A DNA stretch of 64,000 nt from Eubacteriales bacterium (GTDB lineage: Bacteria > Bacillota > Clostridia > Oscillospirales > CAG-382): the NCBI GenBank assembly GCA_045589515.1, contig JAZNPH010000050.1:72880-136879 (forward strand), written 5' to 3'. Within the stretch, counting starts at the first letter, position 1. Each line of letters begins with the position of its first letter. Position numbers and translations under genes: made by a program. Shown piece after piece: positions 44,745 through 54,099 of this stretch. Below the pieces are notes generated by a model. It made no database searches. It was not told the DNA's origin and saw nothing but the letters and a program-made list of their open reading frames with translations.

Positions 44745-45680
44745 TTATTGGATGACCGTGATCAAAAAGAACACGGCGATTAACACGAGAAAACAGGGGG
44801 ACAGGAACACCTTTGCCATGTGAAGGCGATTCTTGGGCGGCAAGGCTTGATCCGGGGGCTCTTGAGCGAATCTCAGATACTGCAGCTCCACGCAGTACAA
44901 GAACAGGAATAATGCCGTGCCGAACAGGATCGCCAGCAAGAAGCCTACGAAGAAGGCGCCGTTCTTCTGCATGATGATGTTCAGAAACTGATCGGAGGTG
45001 AACACGCTGAGGGCGTTGTTCAAAAGATGCAGGAGCATGGCAGGGATCACCGAGCGGGAGGCGGAGGTGATCACACCCAGCAGAATGCCCACGAACAGGT
45101 ATACGGGGAAGTTGGTCACGGAAAAATGGAGCATGGCGAAGCAAACAGCAGAGATCACGATGGCGTTGCCCTGCCCGAGAGAACGGTATTCCGCCAGGAT
45201 CACGCCGCGGAACAGCAATTCCTCGCATACGGCGGGGATGACCACCATGGAAAGCAGAACTCCCGCAAAAGGAAGCTCCCCTTCTCCCACGGAAAGGCCC
45301 TCAAAGAAGGCAGGGGTGGAAACGGACTGCTCCGCCACGGCTCTGTAGAAATACTTGATCAGCAAATTGCCCAAAATCAGTACGCACCCGCCGAACAGCG
45401 TCAACGGGATATGGCGCATCTTCATGGGGGAAACAGGCATGGGGGTGGCCAGCTTCCGCTTCTTTAAAAGGTAATACAGCATACAAGGCACCAAAAGCAC
45501 CAGGATCTGTACCAGCGAAATGCTCATAAACAGATCTGCCGCGTCGGTGGCGCTCGTCAGCAAAAAGCGGGAAAAATGCATAGCGGCAAGGACAAAAAGC
45601 ACCAGTATGGGCGCCGTGAGATGGGGCTGATTCCAGCGCACTTTTTTGTCTGCAGAGGGAATGCTTGCCATAATGCTCAT
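44745..45680 (-). CDS. CPBP-family intramembrane glutamic endopeptidase
   Basis: EELLFRG and FAMLH motifs, multi-TM. Confidence 0.85.
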   Translation of the reverse strand: MSIMASIPSADKKVRWNQPHLTAPILVLFVLAAMHFSRFLLTSATDAADLFMSISLVQILVLLVPCMLYYLLKKRKLATPMPVSPMKMRHIPLTLFGGCVLILGNLLIKYFYRAVAEQSVSTPAFFEGLSVGEGELPFAGVLLSMVVIPAVCEELLFRGVILAEYRSLGQGNAIVISAVCFAMLHFSVTNFPVYLFVGILLGVITSASRSVIPAMLLHLLNNALSVFTSDQFLNIIMQKNGAFFVGFLLAILFGTALFLFLYCVELQYLRFAQEPPDQALPPKNRLHMAKVFLSPCFLVLIAVFFLITVIQ

Positions 45681-45710
45681 GTCCTTTCCGTCTTTTTGAA
45701 AAATAATACT

Positions 45711-46259
45711 TTACTCGTAACGGGTCTGCTCCTTCAGTACGGTTGCCGTTTCAAAGCCGAACAGCAATTCCACCAAGCGGAAACCGAATTCAAAGGAAAC
45801 GCCCATGCCCTCGGCGGTGACGAAGATGTCGTCGTGCTCCACCTTCTTGCCGGTGCGGGTGCCTCCGGAGATCTCCTTCTCAAAGCCGGGATAGCAGGCG
45901 TACCGTCTGCCCTCCAAAAGGCCCATCTTCCCCAGAATGGAGGGAGCGGCACAGATGGCGGCAACGTAAATACCGTTTTCCACGGCGTATTGCACCAGAG
46001 CACGTACGGCAAAGCTGTCGCGAAGGGCTTCCGTACCCTTCAGCCCGCCGGGGAGCATCACACAGTTCAAGGAAGTCTTGTCCAGACGATCCAAAGGAAT
46101 ATCCGTGCGGAAGGTGATGCCGTGGGCACCGGTGACGTATTCCTTGCCGTTTGCGGAAACCAAAAGCACGTCTCCACCTGCACGGCGCAACAGGTCTGCA
46201 GGGACCAGTGCCTCTGCTTCTTCAAAACCGTCTGCCAATAAGATCGCAATGTTTACCAT
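45711..46259 (-). CDS. DJ-1/PfpI-family protein
   Basis: MVNIAILLADGFEE and nucleophile elbow AAICAAP. The longer 46361 start was rejected. Confidence 0.88.
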   Translation of the reverse strand: MVNIAILLADGFEEAEALVPADLLRRAGGDVLLVSANGKEYVTGAHGITFRTDIPLDRLDKTSLNCVMLPGGLKGTEALRDSFAVRALVQYAVENGIYVAAICAAPSILGKMGLLEGRRYACYPGFEKEISGGTRTGKKVEHDDIFVTAEGMGVSFEFGFRLVELLFGFETATVLKEQTRYE

Positions 46260-46278
46260 GGGGTTACCTCGTTTCTTT

Positions 46279-46965
46279 TTAGTGGGAGAGCAAGGCTTCC
46301 ACCGCACGGAGGATCTCTTCGTGGATGTCCTCCCGGGTGCGCAGCTCCGTACCTCTTGCACAGTCTATCTTTTTCCAACCCAGCTTTTCGGCGGAATACA
46401 GCGCCGCCTTGTAGCTGTCGGACAAATGTCGTTTGTCGTTTTCGTGGATATCCGTCTCCCGCCCGGTCCGGGAGGAGCGGCTTTTGATAAGAGATTCCGA
46501 GACCTCCGGCGGCACGCACAGGTACAGCACCAGATCGGGTACAGGCAGGCCCATTTTCCCGTATTCCAGGTCGAACAGCCACTCCAGGAAGCCGTCGTAA
46601 TCCTCTGCGGGAAGCTTGGAGAGCTGATGCACCGCGTTGGCGGTGGTGTAGCGGTTGGCAAGGATCACGGTTCCCGCTTCATAATCCTTTTTCCAATCCA
46701 GCATATAGGAGCAGTAGCGGTCCACCCCATAGAACACCGAGGCAGCGTAGCCGTTCACCGCGTGGGGATCGTTGCCGAAGGCGCCGCCCAAATACAGCTT
46801 CACCGCGGCGCTCATCTTCTCGTCGTAGGTGGGGAAGGACACGGAACGGCAGGGGATGCCCTTTGCCTTCAAAGCCTCCTCCAGCAAACGGGTCTGGGTC
46901 TCTTTACCAGATCCGTCCAACCCGTCCAGAGCGATGAGGATGCCTTTTTTTGCCTGATTATCCAT
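46279..46965 (-). CDS. tmk: thymidylate kinase-like nucleotide kinase
   Basis: P-loop LDGLDGSGKETQ. 228 aa. Confidence 0.8.
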   Translation of the reverse strand: MDNQAKKGILIALDGLDGSGKETQTRLLEEALKAKGIPCRSVSFPTYDEKMSAAVKLYLGGAFGNDPHAVNGYAASVFYGVDRYCSYMLDWKKDYEAGTVILANRYTTANAVHQLSKLPAEDYDGFLEWLFDLEYGKMGLPVPDLVLYLCVPPEVSESLIKSRSSRTGRETDIHENDKRHLSDSYKAALYSAEKLGWKKIDCARGTELRTREDIHEEILRAVEALLSH

Positions 46966-47008
46966 GGACTTTTTCCGCCTCCGAAAGAAAACACTTCTTT
47001 AGTATAGT

Positions 47009-47037
47009 ATTATACCACTTTACGGTGGAGATTGCAA
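47009..47037 (-). promoter_or_regulatory. strong sigma-A promoter heading the tmk-to-lgt gene train
   Basis: On the minus strand: TTGCAA, 17 nt spacer, TGG-TATAAT (extended -10). Confidence 0.55.
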
Positions 47038-47068
47038 GGGTTTGATAGAAAAATTCAAAATACCGCAA

Positions 47069-47098
47069 CAAAAAACAGCGCCGCATTTTGCGACGCTG
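47069..47098 (-). terminator. intrinsic terminator after the CapA-family gene
   Basis: On the minus strand: CAGCGTCGC-AAAAT-GCGGCGCTG followed by TTTTTTG. Confidence 0.65.
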
Positions 47099-47105
47099 TC
47101 TGTCT

Positions 47106-48521
47106 TTAACGGTATTCCTCGGGTAAGAACTCTGCGGGGATGACGGACTGAACGGTTTTGTAAAGGTTCTCAATGGAGAACTTACCGCCCTTCAGAGTGG
47201 CAGTCCCCTTCTTCTTTTCGTACCAGGTCACTCCGCTGGCCTTTACCAGCTCCTCGGTGTAATCCTTCAGCTCGTAGATCTTAAAGTTGCGGTAGCCCGT
47301 ATCCTTTTCACCGTCTGCGCTTTCCTTGGTGTAATGAAGTACCAAAGGGGTCAGCATGGGATTTTCAATGGTGATCTCCCCGGTCTTGGCGCTCTTTCGT
47401 ACGTCAAAGGAGAGCATACCCTCCAGCACGTTCAGTGCGTTCTGCATTCCGGAAACGAAGTTGCCCAAAGAGTAGGTCAACAGCATTTTGTGGCCGGTGA
47501 TGTCGTTGGTCACCCATTTCATAGGCTGCAAGCAATGGGAATGGGTACCGATGACCACGTCTACCTCCAATTCGCAGAACAGCTCGGCGTAGTTTCTCTG
47601 CTCCTGGTTCTGGGTGTAGCTGTCCTCGTATCCCCAGTGAGCGGAAACCACCACCACGTCTGCCAAGGCGTGGGCCAGACCCACCTGACGGCGGATCAGC
47701 TCCTCGTCCAGATAGGGAATGTAGGTCTCGGAATAGCATTGAATGCCGTTGGTGGCGTAGGTGTAGGTGAGAAGAGCGAAGGTAATACCCTCTTTCTCGT
47801 AAATCACGATATTGTTGGTGTTCGCTTCGTCCTTGTAATAGCCCAGAGGGGTCATCCCCAAGGACTTGTAATAGGGGTCGGAATACTTCAACAGCTTATC
47901 GTTGCCGGAATCCAGCATATGGTTGTGGGCCATGTTGATGATGTCCACGCCCAGGGTTGCCAGATCTCTCGCCACCGCGATGGGGGTGTTGAACTGGGGA
48001 TATCCGTCGATCTTGGAGCCGGGACCCCCGGAGAGGGTCTCCTGGTTGATGAAGCAGATGTCCGCGTTCTTCATGGTATCCGCCACGTATTCGTAAATAG
48101 GCAGGAAATCATAGCCCATATCGTTGGTGGGCCAGGTCTTGTAATCCACCTTGGTGCCGTGGGCGGCGGCGTAATACTCCATCCCCGCGTAATACACGGA
48201 GGGGTGGATCAGGTTGTCCCCGCAGGCCACGAAGCTGACTACCTTGTCCACGGGATCCTCGGGCAGGACGATGATATCGGGGGCGCTGGATTCTCCCTGG
48301 CTTTCCTCCGGCAGAGAGATCTCCTCGGGTGCGGAGCTTTCTTCATCGGGCAGGGAGACGGTCTCGGAGCTTTCGGGAGAGACGTCCTCCGAGGAAGCGG
48401 TGCTTTCCGCAAAGGATTCGGCGGATTCTCCCCCCAGGGGATCTACGAAGGAACAGCCGCAGCAAAGCACCAGAATGCAAAGCAGGCAGGCGGTCAGACG
48501 CTTAAAAGGGAACATAATCAA
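47106..48521 (-). CDS. CapA-family (PGA_cap) metallophosphatase-like exported protein
   Basis: Signal/lipoprotein-like N-terminus, Ser/Glu-rich linker, FVACGDNLIH, AHNH and SAHWG motifs. Confidence 0.82.
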   Translation of the reverse strand: MIMFPFKRLTACLLCILVLCCGCSFVDPLGGESAESFAESTASSEDVSPESSETVSLPDEESSAPEEISLPEESQGESSAPDIIVLPEDPVDKVVSFVACGDNLIHPSVYYAGMEYYAAAHGTKVDYKTWPTNDMGYDFLPIYEYVADTMKNADICFINQETLSGGPGSKIDGYPQFNTPIAVARDLATLGVDIINMAHNHMLDSGNDKLLKYSDPYYKSLGMTPLGYYKDEANTNNIVIYEKEGITFALLTYTYATNGIQCYSETYIPYLDEELIRRQVGLAHALADVVVVSAHWGYEDSYTQNQEQRNYAELFCELEVDVVIGTHSHCLQPMKWVTNDITGHKMLLTYSLGNFVSGMQNALNVLEGMLSFDVRKSAKTGEITIENPMLTPLVLHYTKESADGEKDTGYRNFKIYELKDYTEELVKASGVTWYEKKKGTATLKGGKFSIENLYKTVQSVIPAEFLPEEYR

Positions 48522-48590
48522 AACCTCAAAATGCAGGGTAATTTTACTTGGAAAAACAGTATACCAGTATTTCTATGGAAAGTCAAGGGA

Positions 48591-49862
48591 TTATTCTTGG
48601 ACAAATAGTGAAAACATTCCCTGGGCGCGGCTGTCGCAAAGGGCGGTGATCACCGTGCCGTTTTCCGTGTATTCCGTGTTGTGGACCGTGGCAAAGCGAT
48701 ACACCTCCGCCGCCTTCCCCGCTTGAGCGTGGGAGAAGAACAGCTTCAAGATCTTTTTGCCCCCGTTCACCGTTTCCTCCAGCTTGTCCATTAAAGCCTC
48801 GATCCCCGTGCCCGTGGCGGCGGAGATTTCTAGGGCGTTCCCGGGGAACAACCCCTTGTCGGTGTCGGAGACCAGGTCGGTTTTGTTATATACTTCAAGA
48901 ATGGGCTTGTCTCCTGCACCCAATTCGCCGATGAGCTTTTCCGTCACGGCACGCTTACGGGTGCGTTCGCCCGCCTCCTCGCTGCCGTCGGTGAGGCAGA
49001 GGATCACGTCGCAGTAGGTCAGCTCTTCCAAGGTGGAGCGGAAGGCTCTTACCAGATGGGTGGGCAGACGGTCGATGAAGCCTACGGTGTCTGTCAACAG
49101 CACCTCCGTGCCCCCGGGCAGGGTGAGCCTGCGGGTGGTGGGATCCAGGGTGGCAAACAGCTTGTCCTCTGCCAGAATGCCTGCGTCGGTGAGCCTGTTC
49201 AGCAGGGTGGATTTCCCCGCGTTGGTGTAGCCGATGATGGCCACGGTAGCAAGCCCCGACCGCATTCTTTGGGAGCGCTTGATGCCTCTGGTGCGTTCCA
49301 GCTCGTCCAGCTCCGCCTCCAAGGCCTCGATACGGCGGCGGATGTGACGTCGGTCGCTTTCCAGCTTGCTTTCACCGGGGCCTCTGCTGCCGATGCCGCC
49401 TCCCTGACGGGAAAGCATCTTGCCCTTGCCCACCAGACGGGGCGCGGTATACCGCAGACAGGCGATCTCTACCTGGAGCTTTCCTTCCCCCGTGACGGCG
49501 TGCAGGGCGAAAATATCCAAAATCAGCATGGTGCGGTCGATAACGCGGATGCCCACGATCTCCTCCACCGCGGCGATCTGGGAGGGAGAAAGCTCGTTGT
49601 CAAACACCGCAAGGGTGATGGTGGGGTCAGCCTTCACCAGCTCCGCAACCTCTTCGCATTTACCGCTTCCGATATAGGTAGCCTTATCGGGATGGGGTCT
49701 GTTCTGGATCACCGTGGCGGCTACCTCACCTCCCGCGGTATCCAACAGCCGCTCCAATTCCGCCAGGGAGTTTTCGCATTCCGCGTCCTCTCTCCCCAGG
49801 GAAACGGCGATGAGTACCGCGCGGGTGATCTCTTCTTTTTGTATGATGTTGGGTTCTGCCAT
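48591..49862 (-). CDS. hflX: GTPase HflX
   Basis: Characteristic N-terminal domain, G-domain GYTNAGKSTL / DTVGF / NKTD. AAAGGAG SD. The longer 49919 start was rejected because it runs through the rpmE terminator. Confidence 0.92.
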   Translation of the reverse strand: MAEPNIIQKEEITRAVLIAVSLGREDAECENSLAELERLLDTAGGEVAATVIQNRPHPDKATYIGSGKCEEVAELVKADPTITLAVFDNELSPSQIAAVEEIVGIRVIDRTMLILDIFALHAVTGEGKLQVEIACLRYTAPRLVGKGKMLSRQGGGIGSRGPGESKLESDRRHIRRRIEALEAELDELERTRGIKRSQRMRSGLATVAIIGYTNAGKSTLLNRLTDAGILAEDKLFATLDPTTRRLTLPGGTEVLLTDTVGFIDRLPTHLVRAFRSTLEELTYCDVILCLTDGSEEAGERTRKRAVTEKLIGELGAGDKPILEVYNKTDLVSDTDKGLFPGNALEISAATGTGIEALMDKLEETVNGGKKILKLFFSHAQAGKAAEVYRFATVHNTEYTENGTVITALCDSRAQGMFSLFVQE

Positions 49863-49883
49863 AAGGAACTCCTTTCGTCTTGG

Positions 49884-49915
49884 CAAAAAATAACGGCGCA
49901 CAAATCCTGTGCGCC
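49884..49915 (-). terminator. intrinsic terminator after rpmE, ending 22 nt before the hflX start
   Basis: On the minus strand: GGCGCACA-GGATT-TGTGCGCC followed by GTTATTTTTT. Confidence 0.65.
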
Positions 49916-49945
49916 GCAATCTTGTTGCTACTGTAATGGGGGAAC

Positions 49946-50146
49946 TTACTTCAGGTTAAACTTCTTCTTGAACTTGTCAACACGTCCGCCGGCGTCAACA
50001 AACTTCTGCTTACCGGTGAAGAACGGATGGCACTTAGAGCAGATATCAACCTTCAGGTTCTCCTTAACGGACTTGGTGGCGTACACCGCACCGCAAGCGC
50101 AAGTGATGGTCGTGTTCTTGTAATCGGGATGGATGCCCTGCTTCAT
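49946..50146 (-). CDS. rpmE: 50S ribosomal protein L31 (Zn-ribbon type)
   Basis: MKQGIHPDY....C.CG..........[16 protein letters not shown]. Confidence 0.96.
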   Translation of the reverse strand: MKQGIHPDYKNTTITCACGAVYATKSVKENLKVDICSKCHPFFTGKQKFVDAGGRVDKFKKKFNLK

Positions 50147-50218
50147 GATGGAATTCCTCGCTTTCTTCTGGGACCCGACATTTCCGGCGCCGGATCGATC
50201 AAATTTCATACGGGCGTC

Positions 50219-50247
50219 ATTATAACACACATTTTTTTAAAAATCAA
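50219..50247 (-). promoter_or_regulatory. sigma-A promoter for rpmE
   Basis: On the minus strand: TTGATT, 17 nt spacer, TGTGT-TATAAT. This is the same extended -10 string as the rplS promoter. Confidence 0.55.
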
Positions 50248-50338
50248 TACCTTTTTTTGATTTTTTTGAAATTTTGCTTGCTTTTTTTCTCCCGATGGAG
50301 TATGATGAAGAAAACCGATTGAAAAGGAAGTGTATTTT

Positions 50339-51175
50339 ATGAAATTGACATACTTGGGTACCGCCGCCGCAGAGGGCTGGCCCGCATTGTTCTGCCGTTG
50401 CGAATACTGCGTAAAGGCGCTGGAAAGAGGGGGCAAGAACCTCCGCAGCCGTTCCCAGGCTTTGGTGAACGACGATCTGCTCATCGATTTCCCCGCAGAT
50501 TCCTTCTCCCATATGCAGCAGAACGGGCTGAACTTCTCCGCCGTGAAGGATCTGCTCATCACCCATTCCCATATGGACCATTTTTCTCCCACGGATCTCC
50601 ATCTCCGTTCCACCAGCTACTACGCCCACAACCTCACCACCCCTCATCTGACCTTGCACGGCAACGAGCGGGTAATGAAGCTGTTGGAAAGAGAACGGAT
50701 CACCCGTGAGGAGGAGCCCAACGATACCGGCATCACCGCCGTGTTGGTGGAGGCCTACAAGCCCTTCACCGCAGGGAAGTATCGTGTCACCGCCCTGCCC
50801 GCCTTCCACGCCATGAACGAGAAGGCCTTCGTCTACCTCATCGAGGACGGGGAAAAGACCTTGCTGTACCTCCACGACACCGGGGAGCTGTTTGACGAGG
50901 TGTATGAGTATCTGGCCGCAAACAAGGTGAAGGCGGATCTCATTTCCTACGACTGCACCTACGTGGCTCTGCCCTCCGGCGGCGGCCACATGGGGTTGGA
51001 TTCCTGCCCCAAGGTACGGGCAAGATTGGCATCCATCGGCGTTGCCCACGAGAACACCGTCCACGTCATCAACCACTTCTCCCATAACGGCAAGCTGATC
51101 CACGACGAGCTGGAGCCTGCCGCAAAGGAGCTGGGCTTCTTGACCTCCTACGACGGCATGGTGGTGGAATTCTGA
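50339..51175 (+). CDS. MBL-fold metallo-hydrolase (PhnP-like)
   Basis: MKLTYLGTAAAEG.P, HSHMDH motif. Confidence 0.82.
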   Translation: MKLTYLGTAAAEGWPALFCRCEYCVKALERGGKNLRSRSQALVNDDLLIDFPADSFSHMQQNGLNFSAVKDLLITHSHMDHFSPTDLHLRSTSYYAHNLTTPHLTLHGNERVMKLLERERITREEEPNDTGITAVLVEAYKPFTAGKYRVTALPAFHAMNEKAFVYLIEDGEKTLLYLHDTGELFDEVYEYLAANKVKADLISYDCTYVALPSGGGHMGLDSCPKVRARLASIGVAHENTVHVINHFSHNGKLIHDELEPAAKELGFLTSYDGMVVEF

Positions 51176-51177
51176 AG

Positions 51178-52233
51178 ATGGCGACGGGAAACATCGATCT
51201 TCTGAAAAGATCCAGTTATTATTACGACCTTCCCGAGGAGCTCATCGCCCAGACACCCTCGGAAAAGCGGGACAGATCCCGTCTTTTGGTGCTGAACCGC
51301 GCAAGCGGGGAGGTCACCCAGGGGCATTTCTCCGACGTGCTTTCCTATTTCAAGAAAGGGGATTGCCTGGTAATCAACGACACCCGCGTCATCCCTGCCC
51401 GTATCTTCGGAACGGCCAAGGGGAGAACGGGAGAGATCGAAACAGTGCTCCTTTCCCGGGTGGAAAGCGAGGAGGGCGAGGTCTGGGAAGCCCTGACCAA
51501 GCCCGGCAAGAAGACCCGCATCGGGCAGATCGTGGAATATCCGGAAGGACTTTCCGGGGAGGTCATCGGCATCCGGGAGGACGGCGTGCGGGTGATCCGC
51601 TTTACCTACCAAGGGGTGTTTTTGGAGGTGTTGGAGCGTATCGGTCTCATGCCTCTGCCTCCTTACATCAAAGCCCGCTTGGAGGACAAGAACCGTTACC
51701 AGACGGTGTACGCCCGTACCAACGGCTCCGCCGCCGCACCCACCGCGGGGCTGCATTTTACCCCCGAATTGCTTGCGGAATTGGAGGCCAAGGGCGTGGA
51801 GATCGTCCGCGTGCTTTTGCACGTAGGGCTTGGCACCTTCCGCCCCGTCAAAGAGGACGATATCTTAGCCCACAAAATGCATTCGGAATATATCAAGGTC
51901 ACCCCCGAGGCGGCGGAAGCTATTAACCGTACCAAGCAGAATGGGGGCAGAGTCTTCGCCGTGGGCACCACCAGCGTACGTACGCTGGAGTCCGTTACCG
52001 GGGAGGACGGGGTGGTGAAGCCCTTCGAGGGACACACCGAGATCTTCCTGTATCCCGGCAAAAAATTTCACGCCGTGGACGGGCTGATCACCAATTTTCA
52101 CCTGCCGGAAAGCACCCTGATCATGCTGGTCTCCGCCTTCGCGGGGTATGAAAACACCATGAACGCCTACCGCTTCGCCGTGGAGGAGCGCTTTCGCTTC
52201 TTCTCCTTCGGGGATGCCATGTTGATTGTGTGA
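51178..52233 (+). CDS. queA: S-adenosylmethionine:tRNA ribosyltransferase-isomerase
   Basis: Y.YDLPEELIAQ.P...RD.SRLLV and AAPTAGLHFT. Confidence 0.95.
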   Translation: MATGNIDLLKRSSYYYDLPEELIAQTPSEKRDRSRLLVLNRASGEVTQGHFSDVLSYFKKGDCLVINDTRVIPARIFGTAKGRTGEIETVLLSRVESEEGEVWEALTKPGKKTRIGQIVEYPEGLSGEVIGIREDGVRVIRFTYQGVFLEVLERIGLMPLPPYIKARLEDKNRYQTVYARTNGSAAAPTAGLHFTPELLAELEAKGVEIVRVLLHVGLGTFRPVKEDDILAHKMHSEYIKVTPEAAEAINRTKQNGGRVFAVGTTSVRTLESVTGEDGVVKPFEGHTEIFLYPGKKFHAVDGLITNFHLPESTLIMLVSAFAGYENTMNAYRFAVEERFRFFSFGDAMLIV

Positions 52234-52237
52234 AACT

Positions 52238-53320
52238 ATGAAAGAAGTTCCTAAGCTGCAATACCACTACCGCCCGAAGAAGGGGTGGATCAATGACCCC
52301 AACGGGCTGGTGTACTTCAAGGGCTATTACCACGTGTTTTATCAGCACGCCCCCGATCATGAGATCCCCTGGAAGCAGCCCATGCATTGGGGACACGCCC
52401 GTACCAAGGATTTCCTGCGCTGGGAGGAGCTTCCCGTGGCTCTCACCCCCGACCGTCCCTACGATACAGGCGGTTGCTGGTCGGGAACTGCCATCGTCAA
52501 GGACGATAAGCTGTACCTGTTCTACGCCGGCATTACGGAGGTCTCCACGGTGGCGGTGGCCGTCTCCGAGGACGGGATCCACTTTGAAAAACACGAAAAG
52601 AACCCCGTAATCGCCACCTTCCCGCCTGAGGGAGGACCGGATTTCCGCGACCCTGCCGTTTGCTGTATCGACGGCGTGTATTACTGCGTGGTGGCTTCGG
52701 GACATCCCGCCACCAAGACGGCAAGACTGCTGTTGTACCGCAGTGAAGACCTGCTGGATTGGACGTTCTGCTCCGTGATGGCGGAGTGGGAAGAATCCAA
52801 GTATGCGGAATGTCCCTCGTTCATGCCCGCGGAAGAAGGGTGTCTCCTCACCGCCTCCGTCTGCCCCTTGGAAAAGGAACATTTCTTCTCCGTGATGTAC
52901 GGAGAATTGCGGGACGGCCGCTTCACCGTGAAGAACCGCGGTCAGGTGGACAAGGGGCCCGATCAGTACGCAGGGCAGGCCTTTCGGGATCATTTGGGGC
53001 GAAATCTCTTGATCGCCTGGATCCCCGGCTGGAAGTACAGCGGCTATGCTTCTTCGGATATCGGCTGTATGTCTGTTCCCAGAGAATTGAAGCTGGAAAA
53101 CGGGCGGATCACCGCTTATCCCATCTCGGAGCTTCAATATCTTTTGAAGGACGAGGACCCCTGCCTGCAAAGGACGGAGAACGGCTTTATCGTGGCGCGG
53201 GAGGGCAGAGAGCCTTTGGTGTACGAGGGCGAGATCCGCAGTCTGAAGATCCTGCGGGACGCTTATATTGCCGAGATCTTCGTCAACGGCGGGGAAGAGG
53301 TCTTTTCCGTTTTGCTGTAA
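52238..53320 (+). CDS. GH32-family beta-fructofuranosidase-like protein, short form (C-terminal beta-sandwich largely missing)
   Basis: WINDPNG, FRDP and ECP catalytic motifs. Only about 360 aa. No SD; the start is 5 nt after the queA stop. Confidence 0.8.
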   Translation: MKEVPKLQYHYRPKKGWINDPNGLVYFKGYYHVFYQHAPDHEIPWKQPMHWGHARTKDFLRWEELPVALTPDRPYDTGGCWSGTAIVKDDKLYLFYAGITEVSTVAVAVSEDGIHFEKHEKNPVIATFPPEGGPDFRDPAVCCIDGVYYCVVASGHPATKTARLLLYRSEDLLDWTFCSVMAEWEESKYAECPSFMPAEEGCLLTASVCPLEKEHFFSVMYGELRDGRFTVKNRGQVDKGPDQYAGQAFRDHLGRNLLIAWIPGWKYSGYASSDIGCMSVPRELKLENGRITAYPISELQYLLKDEDPCLQRTENGFIVAREGREPLVYEGEIRSLKILRDAYIAEIFVNGGEEVFSVLL

Positions 53321-53346
53321 AAAAACAAAATTCTCTCCTTTTCCTC

Positions 53347-53377
53347 TTGACATTGACCTTGGGTCAAGTGTTATACT
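53347..53377 (+). promoter_or_regulatory. MerR-type promoter with a 19-bp spacer and internal dyad operator
   Basis: TTGACA (53347-52), 19 nt spacer, TATACT (53372-77). Dyad TTGACC-TTG-GGTCAA at 53353-53367. Confidence 0.6.
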
Positions 53378-53404
53378 GAGGGCGGAAAGGAGAGGTTTTC
53401 TTTT

Positions 53405-54097
53405 ATGGAGCAAAAGCTTTGGGATATCAATACGGTGTGCCGTATGCTGGGCACCACCTCTCGCACCCTGCGCTTTTACGAGGAAAAAGGCATCGTCCAA
53501 AGCACGGTCAGCCCCTTTTCCAGCCGCAGACAGTACAGTATGGAGCAATTGGAGCAGATCAAAAAGGTGCTGGTATTGCGCTCCTTGGGTTTGCCCGTGG
53601 CAGAGATCAGAAAACTGCAGCAGGAAAAGGGAGATCTGGGAAAAGCCATCTTAGAACGGCGTGCCAAGGTGATGGCTTCCATCACCACCAAGACCCGTGA
53701 GATCGCGTTGTTGAACGAGGCGTTGCAGATCATCGAGCGGGGCGGGGACGTGTTTGCCCCAAGGAAATCTGCGGAGGTGCAACGGAAGGAGCGGCTGAAG
53801 ACCGTGGAGGCGTTTACCGACGCCTTTCTGGCAGGAGAGCTGGAGACCTGTTATAGCTTTTTTGATGAAATCTTGCAGAAGGCGTTGCCCTTTGAGGACT
53901 TTGCCGCAGGGGCGAAGGAGACCTTGCGTCCGGTGGGAAGCTATGTCTCCCGCGGGGTACGGTGGACGGGATATCTGCCCGACACCGTCTACATCGAGCT
54001 GGAATACGAGAACGTGGGCGTTTACATTCAGCTTGTCTTTAGGGAACAATGGGTCCAGGGGATCTGGATGAGCTATTACGAACCGAAGGAGAAGTGA
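53405..54097 (+). CDS. MerR-family transcriptional regulator with an uncharacterised approximately 150-aa C-terminal domain
   Basis: HTH INTVCRMLGTTSRTLRFYEEKGIV, followed by a coiled-coil dimerisation helix. Confidence 0.85.
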   Translation: MEQKLWDINTVCRMLGTTSRTLRFYEEKGIVQSTVSPFSSRRQYSMEQLEQIKKVLVLRSLGLPVAEIRKLQQEKGDLGKAILERRAKVMASITTKTREIALLNEALQIIERGGDVFAPRKSAEVQRKERLKTVEAFTDAFLAGELETCYSFFDEILQKALPFEDFAAGAKETLRPVGSYVSRGVRWTGYLPDTVYIELEYENVGVYIQLVFREQWVQGIWMSYYEPKEK

Positions 54098-54099
54098 TT

